DNA of 20,346 nucleotides from a virus: UHGV virus genome UHGV-0243115; one strand, 5' to 3'. Shown piece by piece: positions 8,733 to 15,147 of this stretch (position 1 is its first letter; each line of letters starts with the position of its first letter). The notes under the pieces were generated by a model. It saw only the letters and a program-made list of their open reading frames with translations, ran no database searches and was not told where the DNA came from. The position numbers and the translations under genes were made by a program.

Positions 8733-8755
8733 AAAAAATTTGCTCCTTTGTCTTA

Positions 8756-9472
8756 TCAGAAGTCAGCCAGCTGGTCGGAGGCTGCGCCCGTTGCGGTGAA
8801 GCGGTTCTGCGGATCGCCGTCCTGCGTGCGCAGTTTTTCCTTCAGTGCTGCCAGCTCTGTGGTCAGTGACGTGATTTTCTGGCGGTCCTGCTGATGGCGG
8901 GTTTCCAGCACATTAAAACGGTCGATAATGTCGGCCTGTGACGTTGCGACGCCTTCCACCGCTTCCTGAATACGGGAGAAACTGGCGTCATCCGCTTTGC
9001 GGCCACGACCAATAATCCCCATTACGCGGTTAAACCACTGGGTGCCTTCTTCCTGGCGTTGTTCTGCCATTTCGATGATTTCAGACTCGATGGCTTCGGA
9101 AATGAGCGGTGCCTCACCCTGGACACTGTTGAACGTCATTACTGCCTGACGTTGCTGTGCCGTGAATTTCAGGCGCTCAGTGCCCAGGCTTGCCGGGGTG
9201 TCGGTCATCGCCAGCCCGACCAGATAGGCGCGCCCGTTAACGGAGAACTGCGGGTGCAGTTCGATACTGGAATAGATTTTCTTGCCGTCAGCGACAAGCT
9301 GCTTCATGCGCTCGGTCGGTTCGATTTCTGCATACAACGCAGTACGTCCGGCCAGCGGGCCTTCCGTAATATCTTCCGTACTCAGTGCGGTGACATCGCC
9401 CATTGCGGAAAATTCGCTTGACGGGCATGGCGAGAGATAGTGCTCAACGTTCACGCGGGCAGCGTAAACATC
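8756..9472 (-). pseudogene. O: Capsid scaffolding protein gpO, body lacking its native 5' end (disrupted by inversion)
   Basis: Minus-strand frame encodes DVYAARVNVEHYLSPCPSSEFSAMGDVTALS...LVGLAMTDTPASLGTERLKF..., matching P2 gpO from about residue 41 onward. Sequence upstream of codon D (9472) is antisense of the O N-terminal fragment, with no credible start; the track ORF 8756..9619 uses a TTG with a non-gpO N-terminus. Confidence 0.8.
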
Positions 9473-9486
9473 GACTGAAGAACCAG
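9452..9486. repeat. Left inversion junction: inverted copies of a 21-nt segment (9452-9472) and a 14-nt segment (9473-9486)
   Basis: 9452-9472 cacgcgggcagcgtaaacatc is the exact reverse complement of 9624-9644; 9473-9486 gactgaagaaccag is the exact reverse complement of 9645-9658. Confidence 0.9.
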
Positions 9487-9503
9487 TCAGAGGGGCAAAA
9501 ACT

Positions 9504-9662
9504 ATGGCTAATGAAAAAAAGACATCCCGCAAAAAGTTTCGCGTGGCTGTCTCCGGATCAACTGTTGATGGACGCGAAATCAGCCCGGTACATCTGCGTG
9601 AAGCCGCCGAGAACTTCAACCCGGATGTTTACGCTGCCCGCGTGCTGGTTCTTCAGTCATGA
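9504..9662 (+). pseudogene. O: Inverted 5' fragment of gpO: RBS plus first 47 codons, then 5 out-of-context codons and a stop
   Basis: Plus-strand ATG 9504 encodes MANEKKTSRKKFRVAVSGSTVDGREISPVHLREAAENFNPDVYAARV (P2 gpO-like N-terminus) then LVLQS*. Lies on the opposite strand from the O body. Too short for the ORF track. Confidence 0.78.
9624..9658. repeat. Right inversion junction: direct-orientation copies of the 21-nt (9624-9644) and 14-nt (9645-9658) segments
   Basis: gatgtttacgctgcccgcgtg + ctggttcttcagtc; partners are at 9452-9486. Confidence 0.9.
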
Positions 9663-9781
9663 TGGCAAAGCGTAACAGGCTGATACAAAGGGCTTTTGTT
9701 GTAAGAAAACAGCCAGAACAGGGGGATAAGGAGAACGGTTTCGCGCGCGGGTAATCTTCCTGTAATTACTCAGGGGGAGCA
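9663..9781. promoter_or_regulatory. Divergent late-promoter region between O and P (exact promoter elements not resolved)
   Basis: Non-coding spacer upstream of P (RBS GGGGGAG before ATG 9782). By P2 synteny this holds the divergent late promoters, but I could not find a clean TGT-N12-ACA activator site. Confidence 0.4.
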
Positions 9782-11533
9782 ATGATTCAGGACGCTTTTG
9801 TGCGCCAGCGTGCGCGACAACTTTACTGGCAGGGTTATCCGCCCGCAGAAATATCACGTCTGATGGGAATAAACCCGAACACGATTTATGCGTGGAAAAA
9901 ACGCGATCAGTGGGATGAAACGCCACCCGTGCAGCGTGTCACGCAGTCCATCGATGCGCGCCTCATCCAGCTTACTGAAAAACAGAATAAAACAGGTGGT
10001 GACTTCAAGGAAATAGACCTGCTGACCCGGCAGCTTAAAAAACTGCATAATGACCAGCCGGATGCGACGGCCACAGGAAAGAAAAGCCGGGCGAAAAAAC
10101 TTAAAAATCATTTCACGCCGGAACAGATTGCCGCACTGCGGGAAAAAATCATCAGCAGGCTGGAGTGGCATCAGCGGGGCTGGTTTGACGCCCTGACCCT
10201 TTGCAGGGAAGCCGGGATACGTAACAGGATGATCCTGAAATCCCGACAGATTGGGGCGACCTGGTATTTTGCACAGGAAGCACTGTTGATGGCGCTGCGT
10301 GACGATGTGGCGCAACCTTACCAGCGTAACCAGATTTTTTTGTCTGCGTCGCGTCGTCAGGCGTTCCAGTTTAAAAGCATTATTCAGAAGGCCGCGGCTG
10401 AAGTTGATGTGGAGCTGAAAGGGGGTGATAAAATCATCCTCTCCAACGGCGCAGAGCTGCATTTCCTCGGCACTTCTGCTGCGTCGGCACAGTCCTATAC
10501 TGGCAATTTTTATTTTGATGAATTTTTCTGGGTCAGCCGCTTTGCTGAACTGCGCAAGGTGGCTGGCGCTATGGCAACCCTCAGCGGACTGCGGCGCACC
10601 TACTTCTCCACGCCATCCACCGAAACGCACGAGGCATACGCCTACTGGAACGGCGACCGCTGGAACGAGAAAAAGGCCACGCATAAACGCCAGCGTTTTT
10701 CTGTGGACTGGAAAACGCTGCATAACGGGCTTATCTGCCCTGACCGGACGTGGCGGCAAATTGTCACGCTGGAAGATGTGGTTAATCACGGCTGGAAACA
10801 CACCGATATCGACGAAATTCGTGATGAAAACACCGAAGACGAGTTCCTCAATCTCTATATGTGTGAGTTTGTCCGCGAAGGGGAATCGGCATTTAACCTG
10901 AATATCCTGATTGGCTGCGGTGTTGACGGATACGACGACTGGAAAGACTGGAAACCTTTTGCTCCCCGCCCGATGGGGAATCGCCCGGTATGGATTGGGT
11001 ATGACGCAAACGGCAGCAGTGGCAACGGCGACAGCGGCGCGGTGTCCGTGGTGGTCCCTCCGGCTGTTCCTGGTGGCCGTTTTCGAACGGTGGAGACGCG
11101 ACGCGTTCAGGGGCTGGAGTTTGAAGAACAGGCCAGAGTCATTGAAGAGTTCACGTGTCGCTACAACGTGGAACACATCGGCATTGATGTGACGGGCGGG
11201 AACGGGGAGGCTGTTTATCAGATAGTGAAACGGTTTTTCCCTGCTGCTATTCCGTACACCTTCACGCTGTCATCAAAACGGTCGCTGGTACTGAAAATGC
11301 TGCAAATAATGCGCGCCGGGCGGTGGGAATACGATCGCGCCGAACGCGAACTGGTCGCAGCCTTTAACGCCGTGCGTAAGGTGAAAACACCGGGCGGCTT
11401 TATCACTTACGAAACGGACCGCGCGAGGGGGATCAGCCACGGCGACCTTGCGTGGGCAACCATGCTTGCTGTCATTAACGAACCAATTGGCGGCGAAGGA
11501 GAAAACGAGCGTTTCACGGTTATGGAGTTCTGA
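9782..11533 (+). CDS. P: Terminase large (ATPase) subunit gpP
   Basis: 583-aa ORF; N-terminal HTH-like segment (YWQGYPPAEISRLMGINPNTIYAWKKRDQWDE) as in P2 gpP; stop overlaps the Q start (TGATG). Confidence 0.92.
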   Translation: MIQDAFVRQRARQLYWQGYPPAEISRLMGINPNTIYAWKKRDQWDETPPVQRVTQSIDARLIQLTEKQNKTGGDFKEIDLLTRQLKKLHNDQPDATATGKKSRAKKLKNHFTPEQIAALREKIISRLEWHQRGWFDALTLCREAGIRNRMILKSRQIGATWYFAQEALLMALRDDVAQPYQRNQIFLSASRRQAFQFKSIIQKAAAEVDVELKGGDKIILSNGAELHFLGTSAASAQSYTGNFYFDEFFWVSRFAELRKVAGAMATLSGLRRTYFSTPSTETHEAYAYWNGDRWNEKKATHKRQRFSVDWKTLHNGLICPDRTWRQIVTLEDVVNHGWKHTDIDEIRDENTEDEFLNLYMCEFVREGESAFNLNILIGCGVDGYDDWKDWKPFAPRPMGNRPVWIGYDANGSSGNGDSGAVSVVVPPAVPGGRFRTVETRRVQGLEFEEQARVIEEFTCRYNVEHIGIDVTGGNGEAVYQIVKRFFPAAIPYTFTLSSKRSLVLKMLQIMRAGRWEYDRAERELVAAFNAVRKVKTPGGFITYETDRARGISHGDLAWATMLAVINEPIGGEGENERFTVMEF

Positions 11534-12579
11534 TGAGCAGAAAAAATAAAAAAGTGCGCATGAGTTCACGCATTGATCTCGCTGATGCGCTCAGGAATGA
11601 ATCGTCGCTCAGTGCATTCACATTTGATGGGCCTTATCGCCTGACCGGGCATGACCTGCTGGATAATATGTACTGTGCTGATAACGGGCGGTGGTATGAA
11701 ACCCCGGTGGACTGGTACGGTCTGGCAAGAGCTGCCCGGCAAACGTCCTGGCATCAGTCTGCGCTTTACTTTAAGCGCAATGTATTACTCGGTTGCTACA
11801 TCCCGCACCCGCTGCTTTCCCGGCAGGATTTCTCGGCGCTGGCGCTGGACTGGTTTGTGTTCGGTAACGCATTCCTTGAGCTTCGAAGCAATATGCTCGG
11901 CGAACCGCTTAAATTACGGCACGCCCTGGCGAAATACATGCGACGCGGAAGCGATCTTGAATCATGGTGGTATGTGCAGGATGGCAAGGACGCGTTCCAG
12001 TTTCGCCCCGGCAAAGTGTGTCACCTGATGAATCCGGATATTAACCAGGAAATCTACGGCATGCCGGAATATCTCGGCGCATTACTCTCGGCCAGCCTGT
12101 CTCATTCGGCAGACATGTTCAGAAAACTGTATTACGACAACGGATCCCACGCCGGGTGCATCATCTACATCGGTGCAGCGCAGGTAAACCGCGAAAGCAT
12201 GGACTCCCTGAAAGAAACGTTGCAGGGTGCACGTGGTGGTGGTGCGTTTAAAAACGTGCTCATTCATGCGCCCAACGGGGGCAAAGAGGGGGTGCAAATT
12301 TTGCCGTTCCAGCAGATCACCGCAAAGGATGAGTTCATGAATGTTAAGGCGGCATCCCGTGATGATGTGCTGGCTGCGCACCGTGTCCCGCCGCAACTGA
12401 TGGGGGCGATGCCGGGTGAAAAAAGTGCGTTTGGTGATGTGGAGAAGGCCGCGCGGGTTTACGCAATTAACGAGCTGATGCCCGTCATGGAGGCCATGAA
12501 GCACATCAATGACTGGCTTGGCGAAGAGGTGATCCGCTTTAACCCTTATGCACTGCTGGACACCCAGCCCACATCCTGA
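11533..12579 (+). CDS. Q: Portal (capsid vertex) protein gpQ
   Basis: 348-aa ORF immediately downstream of P; size and sequence character match the P2 gpQ portal family; followed by a hairpin and the cos-proximal region. Confidence 0.9.
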   Translation: MSRKNKKVRMSSRIDLADALRNESSLSAFTFDGPYRLTGHDLLDNMYCADNGRWYETPVDWYGLARAARQTSWHQSALYFKRNVLLGCYIPHPLLSRQDFSALALDWFVFGNAFLELRSNMLGEPLKLRHALAKYMRRGSDLESWWYVQDGKDAFQFRPGKVCHLMNPDINQEIYGMPEYLGALLSASLSHSADMFRKLYYDNGSHAGCIIYIGAAQVNRESMDSLKETLQGARGGGAFKNVLIHAPNGGKEGVQILPFQQITAKDEFMNVKAASRDDVLAAHRVPPQLMGAMPGEKSAFGDVEKAARVYAINELMPVMEAMKHINDWLGEEVIRFNPYALLDTQPTS

Positions 12580-12605
12580 CGCGCTTCGCTTGTCTGCTGC
12601 TTCGC

Positions 12606-12630
12606 CGGGGCATAAAAAATTTATGCCCCG
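12606..12630 (+). terminator. Stem-loop downstream of Q (9-bp perfect stem, A/T loop); possible terminator or packaging-site structure
   Basis: cggggcata aaaaatt tatgccccg; no U-tract follows on the plus strand, so intrinsic-terminator status is uncertain. Confidence 0.4.
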
Positions 12631-12639
12631 ACTCTCCAG

Positions 12640-12700
12640 CTCCTGTATCAGTCAGATAATTTCACGACGCTTTCCTGCTTATTGCCATCATCGACGGTCA
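12640..12700. other. Approximate expected position of cos (cohesive-end site); not pinpointed
   Basis: By P2 synteny cos lies ~100 bp beyond the Q stop. A weak resemblance to the P2 cohesive end occurs near 12667-12690 (acgctttcctgc...gcc), but the canonical P2 19-mer is not present. Confidence 0.25.
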
Positions 12701-12906
12701 GATTCTTACGCAATCCCACCGCGTTAACTGCATGTTCTCGCCGCCTCAGTGCGATTTTGACGGCCTTACCTTTCACCCCATCAAATCAAAAGCCCTCACG
12801 TCTTTTTCACGCTCAGCGTGAGAAATACAGCCATTCTGTTGTGTTGCTGCGACATCGTTCAGGGGATGCTATTTACCTCCTGAAACGCGGGCTGTTCCCC
12901 CGTCAC

Positions 12907-12933
12907 CTGCGCGCAGAAAAAGCGCGTTTTTTT
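12907..12933 (+). terminator. Candidate rho-independent terminator (short GC stem + T7) on plus strand
   Basis: ctgcgcgcag aaaaa gcgcg ttttttt; stem cgcgc/gcgcg, loop ~7 nt, T-run 12927-12933. Confidence 0.4.
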
Positions 12934-13002
12934 GTGCACGCACGGATCCTTGACGGATCCAGCCGCCACGCGGGCTGGAAGGGCAAAAATTCGTTCAAAA
13001 AA

Positions 13003-13030
13003 ATTGTGCAAATTTGTGCACTATTGTGCA
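13003..13030. repeat. Three helically phased 10-bp direct repeats containing TTGTGCA
   Basis: TTGTGCA at 13004-13010, 13014-13020, 13024-13030 (a fourth copy at 12932-12938); 10-bp spacing suggests a protein-binding array. Confidence 0.6.
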
Positions 13031-13031
13031 G

Positions 13032-13057
13032 CAGGGCGATGTGCGATTATCGCCCTG
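13032..13057. other. Hairpin immediately 3' of the Zn-ribbon gene (9-bp arms CAGGGCGAT/ATCGCCCTG, 8-nt loop)
   Basis: cagggcgat gtgcgatt atcgccctg; shares its arm sequence with the hairpin at 13698-13715. Confidence 0.6.
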
Positions 13058-13069
13058 GTTTGAGGGGGA

Positions 13070-13660
13070 TCAGGTGTTATTTTTATCTGTCGTCAGTGGG
13101 CTAAACCATCCACAATTTACATCGCATGACTGATGCGTTCTGTCCTCGTGTTTCTCCTGCCACAATGCTTTTCCGCCAGCCTTTATGATGGCTCTTTCAA
13201 CATCCCGCTCGTATCGCAAGGGCTGAAATACGTCATTAATGAAATATTCGCTTATGTCCGGAAGCGATACTGCAAAATTATTTGTTTGTTGCGCCGTCCT
13301 GCTATGCAGCAAAGCGGCATGCTTTAATGCGTCCTGTGCTTTCTGGAATTTAAGTGCATAGTCAGTGGCGATTTTTTCCAGTTCAGCGATTCGGTTGTCT
13401 TTGGTTTCCAGCCAATCAAGTAGCGCCAATACTTCAGGATCCCCGACATCCAACACTGTTACGCGTGATTTTTCATAATGTTCGTCAGCAAGAGTTCGGC
13501 CAATTTTGAAATCTCCATCATCACCATAACCGGAGCAGGCATAAACAACCTGTGCTCCAGATATTCGCTGAATTGACATTTCCTCGCCGCAAATAGGGCA
13601 TTTCGGTACTGGCACAGGTGAATAACGTTCACGTAATGCCTGATAGTTGATTTCGCTCAT
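13070..13660 (-). CDS. Hypothetical Zn-ribbon + coiled-coil protein (hotspot cargo gene of unknown function)
   Basis: 196-aa ORF with AAGGAG RBS; N-terminal Cys cluster (KCPICGEEM ... YACSGYGDD), central heptad-like region (LALLDWLETKDNRIAELEKIATDYALKFQKAQDALK), C-terminal CDVNC. Not recognised as any P2 gene. Confidence 0.7.
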   Translation of the reverse strand: MSEINYQALRERYSPVPVPKCPICGEEMSIQRISGAQVVYACSGYGDDGDFKIGRTLADEHYEKSRVTVLDVGDPEVLALLDWLETKDNRIAELEKIATDYALKFQKAQDALKHAALLHSRTAQQTNNFAVSLPDISEYFINDVFQPLRYERDVERAIIKAGGKALWQEKHEDRTHQSCDVNCGWFSPLTTDKNNT

Positions 13661-13697
13661 TAAGTCGTTCTCCTTGTTTATGTTCTGAGGTGGAGAG

Positions 13698-13715
13698 CAG
13701 GGCGAACTCGCCCTG
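13698..13715. other. Hairpin between the ParR-like gene and the Zn-ribbon gene (8-bp arms CAGGGCGA/TCGCCCTG, 2-nt spacer)
   Basis: cagggcga ac tcgccctg; no U-tract follows. Confidence 0.6.
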
Positions 13716-13723
13716 ATGTTGTG

Positions 13724-14035
13724 TTATTCAGGAAATAACGCCCGGATATTTCCGGCCATCTGACTGGTTATCTGTGCGGTTGATACTGGCTGTGATGCGG
13801 GGCGTTCTGTCCTGGTTTGTGTCACTGATAACGCTTCATCACCAGCCCATGCAGCCAGTCGATAAGCCTCTGCCGGATTCATTTTCAGAAGTGCCAGCCC
13901 GGCCAGAAAAGCCACGCGTTGGCCGCTTTTGCGGGCTTCTGGTGTAAGGCTGTCCAGCCAGGCGCATGCTTCTCCTTCGTTCTTGACGGCGGTGGGCTTC
14001 AGATAGAAACTTATCCGTCTGGTTGGAGTCGTCAT
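13724..14035 (-). CDS. parR: ParR-like centromere-binding adaptor (plasmid type II partition family)
   Basis: Internal ATG at 14035 of track ORF 13724..14170, 4 nt after the ParM stop, with AAGGAG RBS. MTTPTRRISFYLKPTAVKNEGEACAWLDSLTPEARKSGQRVAFLAGLALL... aligns by eye with the R1 ParR N-terminus. Gene order parM-parR matches R1. Confidence 0.78.
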   Translation of the reverse strand: MTTPTRRISFYLKPTAVKNEGEACAWLDSLTPEARKSGQRVAFLAGLALLKMNPAEAYRLAAWAGDEALSVTQTRTERPASQPVSTAQITSQMAGNIRALFPE

Positions 14036-14039
14036 TGGT

Positions 14040-14999
14040 TTACTCCTTGTCCATTGCGTACAGCCCATTAACCAGAGCAAACTGTGGCACCCCGTCCGCG
14101 ATGAAAGTCGCATTAACTCCGCAGGCTTCGCGGATAGCGGGTGCCACAATCTCCGCCCCTCCACCGACAACCATCACCCGCCCGTAACCCGAAAAACCCG
14201 CCAGCGCGCGGATCACGCGTTGTTTCAGTGTTTCTTCCTTTTCACGAATTACCGCCATCAGGCTGGCGTAATGCGCGTCATTGTGGATGTGCTGGCGCAG
14301 CCAGGCTTCATCATGGCGATGTTCGATAATGGTATTGGCGATGTGGTGACTGGTGCGCATACCGTTAGTGGCCATCACCGACAGTACGGCATCGGCCATC
14401 AGAGAAACGCCCACGTGTGGATCGCAAAACACCTGGCTGATACCTGCCAGTTGCCCCTGAACCTTTGCCACATCCAGCGTGGTTCCGCCCAAATCCACAA
14501 TCAGCAGGGATTCAAACGGACTCATGTCAGCCAGTGCCTTAAAGCCAGCCGGAATGGATTCAGGCATAACCCGTACGTTACGGATAGTGAATGCTTCGCC
14601 GTTCTGGTACTCCACCGGGCGCATGACGTTCGCTTTTTTGCGGTTGATGTTGGCCATGTCCGGCTGTGCGTTTGTATCGAAATACTCGCTTAGTGGCAGG
14701 GTGACAACCACATCCACTTCCTGTGGTGTGATGCCTGATTTGACCAGCGCGTGATGAATGGCAATTATATTCACATCGCTGTACTGGTATTGCGTGTCGG
14801 TCGTCTGGACAAAGCGATCGCTGACCGGATCAAAACCATAGCGCACGCCATCAAGCATGTAGTTCGCGGGCTGCGTGCCACCGAACGGCGCAGACCATTC
14901 CGACTTGAAGCTGTTCGGGCTGATGGCGTTGCGGCGTTCGCCGTTCTCAGTCCATGCCAGCTTGATGTTGGTGGAGCCGTCGTCGATACAAATTTTCAT
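14040..14999 (-). CDS. parM: ParM/StbA-like actin-family ATPase (plasmid type II partition family)
   Basis: 319-aa ORF MKICIDDGSTNIKLAW... similar along its full length to R1 ParM (MLVFIDDGSTNIKLQW...). Actin-fold motifs present: IDDGSTNIK, DLGGTTLD, VGGGAE. Confidence 0.9.
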   Translation of the reverse strand: MKICIDDGSTNIKLAWTENGERRNAISPNSFKSEWSAPFGGTQPANYMLDGVRYGFDPVSDRFVQTTDTQYQYSDVNIIAIHHALVKSGITPQEVDVVVTLPLSEYFDTNAQPDMANINRKKANVMRPVEYQNGEAFTIRNVRVMPESIPAGFKALADMSPFESLLIVDLGGTTLDVAKVQGQLAGISQVFCDPHVGVSLMADAVLSVMATNGMRTSHHIANTIIEHRHDEAWLRQHIHNDAHYASLMAVIREKEETLKQRVIRALAGFSGYGRVMVVGGGAEIVAPAIREACGVNATFIADGVPQFALVNGLYAMDKE

Positions 15000-15036
15000 G
15001 TCGCTTTTCCTTATGTTGATTAATTAATCGGTTACA

Positions 15037-15147
15037 GGATTTTTAAATCCCGCTTTTGCCTGTTTTGTGCGCGCTTCATATATCGCGGCACGTTTTTTGC
15101 TCATTTACGGGATTTGTGAGTCCCGTTTCTGTCTGTTTTTTGTTTCC
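15037..15147. promoter_or_regulatory. Candidate parC-like centromere/operator region upstream of parM, overlapping the last codons of gene A
   Basis: Two small palindromes (ggattt tt aaatcc 15037-15050; acggga N8 tcccgt 15107-15126) and two imperfect ~23-bp direct repeats (15048-15070 and 15121-15147), ~73 bp apart. Confidence 0.35.

Noticed and set aside
9452-9644. The O-gene inverted repeats as a programmed, recombinase-driven phase-variation switch
   Set aside because: A simple inversion between the two 21-bp copies would not regenerate an intact O gene because the 14-nt block is also duplicated; no invertase gene is in the window; the pattern fits a one-off rearrangement or artefact better.
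9854-11176. 440-aa minus-strand ORF
   Set aside because: Entirely antisense to the terminase large subunit gene P, which has clear family resemblance; a typical shadow ORF in GC-rich coding sequence.
12640-12800. Search for the exact P2 cohesive-end 19-mer (GGCGAGGCGGGGAAAGCAC) to mark cos
   Set aside because: Not found on either strand; only loose resemblance near 12667-12690, so cos is reported as an approximate low-confidence location.
12682-13104. 140-aa plus-strand ORF across the cos-proximal region
   Set aside because: It spans hairpins, a terminator and the phased repeats, has no RBS and is low-complexity; the region is better explained as non-coding regulatory/packaging DNA.
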